Positions 50,501 through 62,005 of a stretch of 64,000 nt of DNA are shown here, in pieces (the stretch's first letter is position 1; every line of letters begins with the position of its first letter). The notes under the pieces are model-generated. The model made no database searches. It was not told the DNA's origin and saw only the letters and a list, made by a program, of their open reading frames with translations. Position numbers and translations under genes: made by a program. The stretch lies in NCBI RefSeq assembly GCF_963921235.1, contig NC_086097.1, forward strand, positions 239,074,001 through 239,138,000, written 5' to 3'. Source of the stretch: Mobula hypostoma (taxonomy: Eukaryota).

Positions 50501-51639
50501 GTGAGTACAGGGTCAGAAGAGGTCTTGAATATCTTGAAGAGGTGGTGCCTCAGGAAGGAAGCATCCATGAGTAAGGATCTTCATTACTCAGGACATGCAG
50601 TCTTTGCATTAATACCACTGGCAGGAAGATACAGAAGCTTGAAGACCCAAATTCAATGTTTTAAAAACACGTTCTTTCCCTAGGCCATCAGATTTTTGAA
50701 CGATCCATGATCATGGCTGTGGAGCCCATGTCGTTGCGTATGTTGCTAGGTTCTTCATTCGTAAGGGAGTGAGGAGAAGCCAGGGGAAAAGGGTTGACAA
50801 GGAATGCAAGCCAGCTTGATTGAATGGTGGAGCAAACCTGATGGGCTAAACAGCCTATTTCTGCTCCAAAATCCTGTGGTCTAACACTACATAGTTAATC
50901 GTCTTTTGTAGCATTTAGTGTCTTGCACTGTGTTGCTGCCACAAAACAACAAATTTCACAGTATATGTCAGCGATAGTAAACTTGATTCTGATCTTGATT
51001 CATTTGTGCGCCTATTTGTCCAGTCATTAATCTAAGAGAATGGAGTTTCTTTATCCTAGTCTTTGTTTGTCTATCACAGATGTACTCTGCTACTGAGAAA
51101 ACAGAAGAACGTTGCTATATCCATGGACACACCAGCACAAAGTGATGTCAGTTTGTAAGACAAGGTAATGGCTTTCACCATGTCATTCTGTCAAACGGAG
51201 TAATTGTCAGTGGGTGTGCATTTAAGATGCACTGGTGTGTATAGTTGTTTAACAGATTTTGTCAGTGAGTTAACTGAGCTTCAGGGAATACTTGATCCAC
51301 ATTATAAACCCATACCCTTGAAGTTGCATTATAAATGAAGCAGGTATTGGGCTTTCACCATTAAATTCTCACATAGATTCTTTTGGGACTCAATGCCCTC
51401 TGGCAATACAAAACTATGCATTTGCACTGTGAACAAACTACTTCCTTCTCCCATTACGGAACAGCGGTTTCAAATCTATTTCAACAAGATAGATACAGAC
51501 AGGAACTTCTCCCAGAGCTAGTTAACAGTTACATTCTGCTTCAAAAGAAGGGAGGATATTAATTGCATCATGGGATATGTCATCCGACTGGTTAGAAGCT
51601 GAAAGTTCAGGATTCTTTGTGTTATAGTTGCTATCATAT

Positions 51640-51953
51640 TGAACTCCCTATCACCTCCCTGGGGTGCCACCCCACCTTCCCTATCTCACATGGTCCACTC
51701 TCCTGTCCTATCAGATTCCTTCTTCTTCAGTCCTTTACCTTTGCCACCTACCACCTCCATGTTTGTCACTTCATCCTCCCTCCACCTACAAACCAACCTT
51801 TCTCCCTCACCTGGCTTCACCTGTCACCTTCCAGCTTGTACTTCTTCCCCTCCCCTCTCTTTCTTATTCTGGATTCTCCCCCTTCCTTGCAAGTCCTGAT
51901 GAAGGGTCACGACCTGAACTGGCATTCCGGATTGAGACCCTTCTTCAGGACTG
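51640..51953 (+). mobile_element. Penelope-like terminal repeat with a short inverted partner
   Basis: Repeat body, then agtcctgatgaagggtcacgacctgaa, then the inverted gagacccttcttcaggact. Confidence 0.8.
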
Positions 51954-52084
51954 GCCAAATGGTTCCTGACCTGCTGCCCTTTTATATCCCTGATGTCTCC
52001 CAAAATAAATTACGTCTAAAGAGTGTAGTTATGCATGTGCTATTAAAAAAATACTACCAGCAATCTCTAAACTTTGAGAGGCGG

Positions 52085-52695
52085 GAGGAGAAGATGGAAT
52101 TCTCCGGTGAAATGATATCGTATTTGTAAGTAGGATGCCGTGCACAATTCTGATTTGATGGAGACAGACGTGAGAAGCACAGGGAAACATCTGGAGAAAC
52201 TTCTGAAATGCCCGGTTCGCTGCCGCTGCTACTGTGCGATCGAGAATCTCCAGAGGGAAGGCCCCAAAATCCCCGGCTTTGCCTTCTGCTGGCGACCGAG
52301 GCTGGGGTCGAAGCGTTCGGCAGAGATGGTGCTCGGTACTCGGTGTCGGAGGGCTGGTTGGAGGCTCGAAGTTTTCGGACGACTCAGAGTCAGACTGTTG
52401 GCGGGCATGGCAGGGAGAGTGTTCTTCCTTCTCCCGTCTGCGTGAGATGTGGGACTTCCGAGAGAGTTTGAACTTTTTTACTGTGCCCATGGTCTGTTCT
52501 TCATCAAGTTATGGTATTGTTGCACTGTTGTAACTATATGTTATAATTATGTGGTTTTTGTTAGGTTTTCAGTCTTGGTCTGTCCGGTGTTTCTGTGATA
52601 TCACACCGGAGGAATATTGTATCATTTCTTAATGCATGCATTACTGAATGACAATAAAAGAGGACTGCATGTCCTCATAATCTAATCTAATCTAA
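52085..52695 (+). mobile_element. Non-autonomous element family A, near full length
   Basis: aagatgg head; matches 421-1030 (reverse) and 34490-34992; (ctaat)n tail. Confidence 0.8.
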
Positions 52696-52824
52696 ACAAT
52701 GTCTTGACAATCTACAATCTGATAATGACATTGAGAATAATACCAATAGGTGCTGGAACAACTCTGGGGTCATAATGACAGACAGCCATTTAGCAAGTTT
52801 GATTAATGGATAAGTAGCTCTTTA

Positions 52825-53010
52825 TTTCATCCCTCCCCCTCCCAGTTTCACCTATCACCTTGTATTTCTCCATCCACTTTTAAACCCACTCCTCATCTTT
52901 TCTTTTCTCCAGTCCTGCCGAAGGGTCTTGGCCTGAAAGCTCGACTGTACCCTTTTCCACTGATGCTGACTGGCCTGCTGAGTTCCTCCAGCATTCCGTG
53001 TGCATGTTGC
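52825..53010 (+). mobile_element. Penelope-like terminal repeat with a variant hammerhead
   Basis: cagtc ctgccga agggtcttggcct gaa agct c gactg at 52910-52947. Confidence 0.8.
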
Positions 53011-53030
53011 TTTGGAGTGTTGTTCTGGAG

Positions 53031-53107
53031 CAGAGGTTTCTAACCATTTTTATGCCATGGACACCTACCATGAGCCAGGGGGTCCATGGTCACAGGCTGG
53101 GAACCAA
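53031..53107. mobile_element. Short hAT MITE
   Basis: cagaggtttctaacc...tatgccatggac...ggctgggaacc; same family as 49883. Confidence 0.55.
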
Positions 53108-53214
53108 TTATTTAGAGTTTCTCTGTGTACTGTATATCTATGAAACAGGAAAAGAAAGAAGGAAAAACGAACGGACTTTTATTGTAGGACGGAAATGACA
53201 AATGTGTTCAGAAC

Positions 53215-53715
53215 AGTTAGGATTGTTATTATTGCCACAAGTACGGAGATACACTGAAAATCGTATCTTGCGTACTGTAAGATCAATTCATTGCACAGTG
53301 CACTGAGGTGAGACAAGATGAAACAATATCATAACGCAGAATAAAGTGCACGAGCTGCAGAAAAAAGTGCAGTGTAGGCAGAGAATAGGTGCAAGAAGAT
53401 AATGATCAACAGTTCATCTTCTCAATTGTGTTACAACAGCAGAAAAAAAGGCTGTCCTTGAAGCTTGTGGTGCATACTTTCAGGCTTTTTTATCTTCTGC
53501 TGGATGGAGAGGGAAGATGAAAGAATGTCCAGAGTTGATTATGTTGGCCGCTTTACCGAGGTAGTAGGAATCGTACACGGAGTCCATGGAAGGGGAGCGG
53601 CTGGTTTCTGTGATGTGTTGAGTGGTGTTCACTGCAGATTCTTCTGTCCTGGGCAGAACAGTTACCACACCAAGCCGTGGTGCATCCAGATAGGATGCTT
53701 TCTATGGTACATTTC
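53215..53715 (-). mobile_element. Rex1/Babar 3' fragment
   Basis: CTIESILSGCTTAWCGNCSAQDR on the minus strand. Confidence 0.7.
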
Positions 53716-53894
53716 TCAAGGTATGAAAATTGAAAAACAAAACTGTTTATCAAGCATAAAGTAGCAGCAAATGATAAATTTATAATAGAGATGTGGCTAC
53801 TGTTGGCTGTGAAGATTCACCAATCTTAGCATGGCGGTCCAAGTGAAAACTAATTTGGCTGTTGTTTGATGATATTAACGTGAAAGTTTTTGAA

Positions 53895-54372
53895 CGTGGG
53901 ACATGGAACATTACAGCACAACACAGGCTCTTTGGCCACAATGTTGAACCAACTCCAAGATCTATCTACCCCTGCCTTTCATATTTCTACCACCCATGTG
54001 CTTACCTACAAGTCTGTTAAATTTTTCAAATGTATCTGCCTCTACCACCACCCATGGCAGGGCATTCCACACACCCAGCAGTCTCTGTGTAAAGAACAGT
54101 CCCCCTATACTTCCCTGGAATTATGCCCCTTGGCATTAGCCATTTCTACCCTGGGAAAAGTCTCTGGCTATCCACTTGATCTATGCCTCTTACCATCTTG
54201 TACACCTCCATCAAGTCACTTCTTATCCTCCTTTGCTCCAAAGAGAAAAGCCCAAGCTCACCTAACCTATTCTTAAAAAATATGCTCTCTAATCCAGGCA
54301 GCATCCTGGTAAATCTCATTGACACTTTCACTAAAGCTTCCACATCATTCCTATAATGAAGTCACCAGAAAT
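53895..54372 (-). mobile_element. CR1 3' fragment
   Basis: RFTRMLPGLES...LGLFSLEQRRIRSDLMEVYKMVRG. Confidence 0.85.
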
Positions 54373-54809
54373 TATTGGAATATTCCATTCAACTAAATTA
54401 ATTTTTTAAAAATGGACTTCATTGGAACTCTGTGAAATGAGTCATAAAACTTACGCTGAAGTGGCAGAAAAATAATTACACAACTCCAGTGCGTGCGAAA
54501 CAAAGCTGTAAGGAAAGACAAAAATGAGTGGATGCAAAAAGTTGAGAATACAGCCCAGGTCATCACAGGAAAACCGCTGAGCAGATCTGTAGCAAGCACT
54601 GTCACAAGAAAGCAACATTCACCATCAAGGACCCCACCACAAGGGCCATGATCTCTTCTCACTGCTGCCATCAGGAAGGAGGTACAGGAGCCTAAGGTCC
54701 CACACCAGGTTCACTCACCTCAACAATGAACTGACTCCACAAACTATGGACCCACTTCCAAAGATTCTACAGCTCATGTTCTCAGTAATATTTATTATTA
54801 CTAATATTG

Positions 54810-56150
54810 CCCAGTAGCACTCACATCAACAGTGATGAAATGCTTTGAGAGGTTGGTTATGACTAGACTGAACTCCTGCCTCAGCAAGGACCTGGACCCA
54901 TTGCATTTTGCCTATCACCACAATAGGTCAATGACAGACGCAATCTCAATGGCCCTCCACACGGCCTTAGACCAAGAAGGTTGTTTATCAATTATAGCTC
55001 AGCATTTAATACCATCTTTCCCACAGTCCTGATTGAGAAGATGCAGAACCTGGTTGTCTGTACCTCTCACTGCCATTGGATCCTCGACTTTCTAATCAGA
55101 AGACCACAGTCTGTGCGAATTGGTGATAACATCTCCTCCTTGCTGACAATCAGCACTGGCACACCTCAGGGGTTTGTGCTTAGCCCATTGCTCTACTCTG
55201 TACACACATGGCTGTGTGGCTATGCACAGCTCAAATACCATCTATAAATTTGCTGACGATACAATTATTGTTGGTAGAATCTCAGATGATGATGAGAGGG
55301 CATACGGGAGTGAGATATGCCAACTGGTGGAGTGGTGTCGCAGCAACAACCTGGCACTCAATGCCAGTAAGACGAAAGAGCTGATTGTGGACTTCAGGAA
55401 GGGTAAGACGAAAAAACACATACCAATCCGCATAGAGGGATCAGAAGTGGAAAGAGTGAGCAGTTTTAAGTTCCTGGGTGTCAAGATCTCTGAGGATCTA
55501 ACCTGGTCCCAATATATCGATGTAGTTATAAAGAAGGCAAGACAGTGGCTATACATTATTAGGAGTTTGAAGAGATTTGGCATGTCAACAAATACACTCA
55601 AAAACTTCTATAGTTGCAACGAGGAGAGCATTCCGACAGGCTGTGTCACTGTCCGGGATGGAGGGGCTACTGCACTGGACCAAAAGAAGTTGCAGAAGGT
55701 TGTAAATCTAGTCAGCTCCATCTTGGGTATTAGCCTACAAAGTACCCAGGACATCTTTAGGGGGTGGTGTCTCAGAAAGGCAGCGTCCATTATTAAGGAC
55801 CCCCAGCACCCAGGGCATGCCCTTTTCTCAGGGTTACCATCAGGTAGGAGGTACAGAAGCCTGAAGGCACTCTGTGATTCAAGAACAGCTTCTTCCCCTC
55901 TGCCATCCAATTCCTAAATGGTCATTAAATCTTTAGACACTACCTCATTTTTTTTTAAACATACCGTATTTCTATTTTTGCACATTTTTATTTAAATCTA
56001 TTCAACATACGTAATTGATTTACTTGTTTATTTTTTTATTTTATTTTTTTCTCTCTCTGCTAGATTATGTATTGCATTGAACTGCTGCTGCGAAGTTAAC
56101 AAATTTCACGTCACATGCGGGTGATAAGAAACCTGATCCTGATTCTGATT
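54810..56150 (+). mobile_element. Rex1/Babar LINE, 5'-truncated; same family as 37778-39829
   Basis: [37 protein letters not shown]; shared 3' UTR and ctgattctgatt tail. Confidence 0.92.
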
Positions 56151-56844
56151 TTTATGTACACAGTTTGCCTTCTTTTGTACAATTGTTGCTTATCAGTTTT
56201 GTGTGTAGTTTTTCATTGATTCTGTTGTACTTCTTTGTTCTACTGTGAATACTTCCAAGAAGATAAATCTCAGGGTAGTGTATGGTGGCATATAAGTACT
56301 TCGATAATAAATTTACTTTGAACTTTTGAACTAGAGAAAGAAGTGTCATTAGTAGAGAGAGTGCAAAACTGAGTAATGAAAGGTGCTGAAAACACAGACC
56401 TGTCCTCAGTTACTCAACATACACACTTTCTCACAGAGGATCACAAAAGCTTCATGATAAAAGCGTGCCATATCAAAACTCATTAGTTTCCAAGCAACAA
56501 GAAGTCTTTAAAGATGAAAGAACTTTCAAGTTGACCATAATATCCCACGAACAGCTTCTTTACAACCAGCACACTTACAACATGGGATTGGGAACAATCA
56601 GCTCTCTGAAAAATTGGACCTGGTAGTGATGAAAGGCAACAATGAACAATGATGTGGGTGCATCTTGATCGAGCTCTCAGAAACAAACAAAAACTTGTTC
56701 ACAGTATCCTGTCTGATTTTTAGAAATGCAAATTTATTTACTGCGCAGGTGACAGTGATCTCTTGTTAGGCTGGATCACAGAAAAAATCTGGAGTTCTGA
56801 TTATCTTTTCAAGCTTGTTTAGAAGATTCAAGTGGCTGAACATA

Positions 56845-56945
56845 CAACACACACTAAATGCTGAAGGAACTCAGCAGGTCTGGCAGTACCTATGGAAAAG
56901 AGCAATGGTCGATGTTTCGGGCCAAGACCCTTCATCAGAATTGAA
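56845..56945 (-). mobile_element. Penelope-like terminal repeat
   Basis: Minus strand reads ctgatgaagggtcttggcccgaaacatc (56938-56911); core intact, helices I and III mismatched. Confidence 0.75.
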
Positions 56946-57854
56946 GCCTTACATTCATATAGCAAACTTCATACAAGTCTATGTAAGATAGCTGCATAAG
57001 TCTATATAAGAACACATAACAGAAGTTATGCTTAAGGAAGATTAAATACTTATTTGTTCGTTTATTTATTGAGATACAGCATGGAATAGGTCCTCCCGGC
57101 CCCTCAGAGCCATGCTCCCTAGTGATCCCTCAATTTCATCCTAGCCTAATCACGGGACAACTTACAATGACCAATAATCCTAGTGTAACGTTCAGTATAC
57201 GAGCCAATATAATCAGCCAATGATGTGGCAGCAACGCAATTCATAAAAGCATGCAGAAATGGTCAAGAGGTTCAGTTCATCTGACCAAGCATCAGGTTGG
57301 GGAAGAAATATGACCTAAGGTGACCATAGAATGATTGTTGGTGCCAGATGGGTTGGTTTGAGAATCTCAGACACTGCTGATCTCCTGGAATTTTCACACA
57401 CAAAATTCTCCAGAGTAGTGGTCGCCAACCGGTCGATCTTTGAGACTTTCCCAGTAGATCCCGAAAAAAATGAAAAATAAGTACACAAATACTGTTGTAA
57501 TGTGAGCATTATAAAAATAAGTAATACTAATTAGGATAATGGTAATATAGCAATACTGCCACTACTGAAAGCTGTTTGTAAAGAGAGATTATTTCCGGGT
57601 TGCAGGGTTTTAATTCCGTTCTTTCTGCCCAGTGCGCATGTGTGTAGCTCCCCCACCGTGCACCGCAGTAGAAAAGACTGGAAATAAAACCCCGCAGCCT
57701 GGAAGCAAGCTCTCTTTACAAACAACTTTCTGTAGCTTTCCTCTGAAACTTATACTACTGTCTCAGTAACAGTTTACCAATACAAAACACCTGAAAGACG
57801 TAGCAGATTCAACATTCAGTCTAACAAACTGTTCATTCCAATATTCCGTCTGTC

Positions 57855-58163
57855 AACACACATCAAAGTTGCTGGCAAACGCAGCAGGCCAGGCAGCATC
57901 TCTAGGAAGAGGTACAGTCGACGTTTCAGGCCGAGACCCTTCGTCAGGACTAACTGAAGGAAGAGTTAGTAAGAGATTACAATTAATCTACTATTACTAT
58001 TACTATTAATCTCTTACTAACTCTTCCTTCAGTTAGTCCTGACAAAGGGTCTCGGCCTGAAACGTCGACTGTACCTCTTCCTAGAGATGCTGCCTGGCCT
58101 GCTGCGTTCGCCAGCAACTTTGATGTGTGTTGCTTGAATTTCCAGCATCTGCAGAATTCCTGT
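57855..58163. mobile_element. Young Penelope-like terminal repeats forming a long inverted repeat
   Basis: Arms of about 125 bp (57855-57979 and about 58008-58131); 13-bp TSD tattccgtctgtc at 57842-57854 and 58164-58176. Confidence 0.9.
57916..57951 (-). ncRNA. Minimal type I hammerhead ribozyme motif, intact core
   Basis: AGUC-CUGACGA-AGGGUCUCGGCCU-GAA-ACGU-C^GACU; predicted cleavage between 57920 and 57919. Confidence 0.8.
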
Positions 58164-58839
58164 TATTCCGTCTGTCGGGAGGTTTGCGAGGGCGCTGTAC
58201 TGCCACAGATGAAAATTATGAAATCTAAGTACAAGAGCTGTCTTACTGACAGACACCTCACAGACTGTCTCAAACTGTCTGTAGTTATGAGCCAAATTTC
58301 AGGGAACTAGCAGAAAGTATTCAGCCCCAGTCATTACACTGAGTGCAACAGTCAATTTTTATTCCTTTATTTTTCGTGTTGAAAAAATATTAAATAATGA
58401 AACATAGAATTAAAGGTGTTGTAATGTGAGCATTATAAAATAAGTAATACTAATTATGATAATGGTAATATAGCAATACTCCCATTACAGAAAGCTGTTT
58501 GTAAAGAGAGGTTGTTTCCGGGTTGCGGGGTTTTACTTCCGGTCTTTTCTGCCTGGTGCGCATGCGTATGACTAACCGATTTAGTAGGTCGATCTTGCCT
58601 TTCACTAAGGCCGAGGTAGGGGATCTTGAGCTTAAAAAGGTTGGTGACCACTACTCTAGAGTTTATAGAGAATAGTGCAAGAAACAAAACTCAGCCAATA
58701 AGCAGCAGATCTGTAGGCAAATCAGAGAGGTCAGAGGAGAATGGCCAGACTGGTTCATGCTGACAGGAGCTTAAATGACAACACTTTCCAACAGTGGTAT
58801 GAACAAGAACATCTCTTAATGCATGACGTCAAACCTTGA

Positions 58840-59076
<237 letters not shown>

Positions 59077-59522
59077 CTAGAAGGAATCAATGAGTTGAGT
59101 GAAATTCCAGCAAGCACTTGTTTTCAACAATCCTTACATTTCCATAAATGATTGGTTTATGTGGGAGTATTGCATAGTTAAATGTTTCTGAGTGACAAAA
59201 AAGCAGATTCAACATGTGATAAGTGCTGAGGGGAGTACTCATCAAATGGCTGGATTTCCAGCTGTTTTGTCTCTTGTTTTAAGGTCTGGTACCTATAAAA
59301 AGTATTCACCTCCCCCTTGGAATTTTTCATGTTTTATTTTGTTTTACAATATCGAATCACAGTGGATTTAATTTGGCTTTTTCTGACACTGATCAACAGA
59401 AAAAGACTCTTTCATGTCAGTGAAAACACATTTCTACAAAGTGATCTAAAGTAATTACAAATATAAAACACAAAATAATTGATTGCATAAACATTTGCAA
59501 ACCAATTTCCCTCGGGATTAAT

Positions 59523-59706
59523 GCAACACACATCAGGGTTGCTGGTGAACGCAGCAGGTCAGGCAGCATCTCTAGGAAGAGGTACAGTCGACGTTTCAGG
59601 CCGAGACCCTTCGTCAGGACGTCAGAGATGCTGCCTGGCCTGCTGCATTCACCAGCAGCTTTGATGTGTGTTGCTTGAATTTCCAGCATCTGCAGAATTC
59701 CTGTTG
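59523..59706. mobile_element. Young Penelope-like inverted pair
   Basis: 17-bp TSD tttccctcgggattaat at 59506-59522 and 59707-59723; inserted into a Rex-like tail ending in (tatc)n. Confidence 0.9.
59586..59620 (-). ncRNA. Minimal type I hammerhead ribozyme motif, intact core
   Basis: GUC-CUGACGA-AGGGUCUCGGCCU-GAA-ACGU-C^GAC; predicted cleavage between 59590 and 59589. Confidence 0.75.
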
Positions 59707-60036
59707 TTTCCCTCGGGATTAATAAAGTATATCTATCTATCTATCTATCTATCTATTTGCCCCCTTCAAGTCAGTATGTAATAGATGCACCTTTGGCAGT
59801 AATTACAGGCTTGAGTCTGTGTGGATAGATCCCTATCAGCTTTTCACGTCTGGACACTGCAATTTTTCCCCATTCTTCTTTACTAAACCGCTCAAGTTCT
59901 GCCAGATTGCATGTGGATCATAAGTGAAAAGCCCTTTTCAATTCCAGCCAAAAATTCTCAGTTGCATTGAGGTCTGGACTCTGACTTAGCCACTCCCGGC
60001 CATTAACTTTGTTGTTTTTAAGCCATTTCTGTGTAG

Positions 60037-60611
60037 TTACCTCATAGCTGGGGGTTGGTAGTGGGGATAAGCTTCCACCTGCTATAAAGTGCTTCAAATG
60101 GTGTGCAACTCTTACAGCCTCTGGCAACCAGCCCAACTCTTGTCCTTCACATGTGGCTTAGCTACTAGGCTTGGTGGAACTGTTTCTACTGACAAGAGAA
60201 GGGGCAAAGGTGGACCATTGGTGCCTCAAAACCAGTTGCTTTGGGAAGGTGAGGCTTGTCAGCCTTGAGCAGCAGCTCGTCTAGGAGAAGGAAAACTCTG
60301 GTTTTAAACCTCTGCTGCTTTGCAACCATACCCACCCATGGGAAAAGCTTCGGGAACAAACCCCCAGGAAGAATTCTGGAGCCGGGATCCCTAAGGCAGT
60401 TTGATGTTGTTTACAACTTCACTCTAGCAACCTCTGGAACGACACTGGTGCCAAGCCTATTGGCGTTTGCCCTTCCCTTGGACTATATCAGTGACGTGAC
60501 ATGGGCAACAGCTGGTTCTTCAAATCTTCCCGCCAGGCTTGCGCCCTGGAGAGGACTCAGCCCACCAGAGGTGCAAACCCATAATCCCCTGGGATTGATG
60601 GCTGCATACTA
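60037..60611 (+). mobile_element. RTE-type short non-coding element inserted in Tc1
   Basis: 6-bp TSD gtgtag at 60031-60036 and 60612-60617; tctaggagaaggaaaactctg motif; homologous to 26678-27155. Confidence 0.75.
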
Positions 60612-62005
60612 GTGTAGCTTTGGCTTTATGCTTGGGATCATTTTCTTGCTGGAAAACAAATCTTCTCCCAAGTCACAGTTCTCTTGCTGACTGCATCAGG
60701 TTTTCCTCCAGCATTTCCCTGTAATTGCTGCAATTATTTTACCGTATACCTTCACAATCCTTCCAGGGCTTGCTGCAGTGAAGCATCCCTACAGCATAAT
60801 GCAGCTGACAGCATGCTTCATAGTTGGGATGGTGTGTTTTTGATGATGTGCGGTTTTTGGCTTATGCTAAACATTGCGTTTAGTCTGATGACCAAAAAGC
60901 TCAATTTTGGTTTCATCAGACCATAGAGCTTTCTTCCAGCTGACTTCAGAGTCTCCCACATGCCTCTGACAAACTCTAGCCGAGATTTCATATCAATTGT
61001 TTTCAACGGTGACTTTCTCTTTGCCACTCTCCCACAAAACTGTGACTGGTGATGCACCCGGGCAACAGTTATTGTATGTGCAGTCTCTCCTATCTCAGCC
61101 ACTGAAGCTTGTAACTTCTCCAGAGTTGTCTTGAGTCTTTTGGTGACCTCCCTCACTAGTCCCCTTCAGTTTTTGAGGATGGCCTGCTCTGGGCAGATTC
61201 ACAGCTGTACTATATTCTTTCCATTTCTTGATCGCTGACTTAACTGTGCTCCAAGGGATATTCAGTGACTTGGAAATTTTCTTGTATCCATCTCCTGACT
61301 TGTACTTTCCAAAAACCTTTCATGGAGTTGCTTAGAGTCTTCACGGTGTAGTTTTTGCCAGGATACTGACTCACCAGCAGTTGGACCTTCCAGATACAGG
61401 TATATTTTTACTACAATCAATTGAAATACCTTGTCTGCACACAGGTTTATATACAGCTAGGACACCTTAACGAATTATGTGAATTCTAAAACCAATTGGA
61501 TGCACCCGTGATATTTGGTGTCATATTGAAAGGGGATGAATACTTATGCAAACAATTATCTTGTGCTTTATATTTGTAATTAATTCAAATCACTTTGAAG
61601 AGATCTGTTTTCACCTTGACACGTAACAGTCTTTCTCTGTTGATCAGTGTCAAAAGAAGCCAAATTAAATCCACTGTGATTCATCGTTGTAAAACAATAA
61701 AACATGAAAACTTCCAAGGGGGTTTTTATACATCGTTCTAGCTTAAGATTGTCAGGTGAGTACAGAATATACTGTACTTCAATATACTGAACAGCTCCAG
61801 GGAGTGAATTTGCTCTTATAATGCCTTCATCATCTCTTCAGCTCACCACATTGTGGGTGCAAAAAGCATATGGGCAATTTATAAGGCTCTCAAGCTCATC
61901 CTAGCATGAGAATAAAAGTAAGTTTCTGCTGCTGTAGCCTACCACTTGCACAGTGATACGAGATTACATTGCTTACAAGAATTGAATTGTACAATATAAT
62001 TGTAC

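Larger units (their letters stand above)
57416..58653 (+). mobile_element. Non-autonomous hAT (SPIN/Buster-type) element
   Basis: TIRs tagtggtcgccaacc / ggttggtgaccacta; TSD ctccagag/ctctagag (57408-57415, 58654-58661); remnant MKIMKSKYKSCLTDRHLTDCLKL matches the Buster/GTF2IRD2-type C-terminus. Confidence 0.85.
59286..61735 (-). mobile_element. Tc1 transposon with ~200-bp TIRs, decayed transposase and two nested insertions
   Basis: TIRs at about 59286-59490 and 61530-61735; minus-strand REVTKRLKTTLEKLQASV...GRVAKRK and EWLSQSPDLNATENFW. Confidence 0.9.

Noticed and set aside
61842..61923. Exon-like segment with a strong gtaagt donor
   Set aside because: Stops occur in all three frames and there is no other support.
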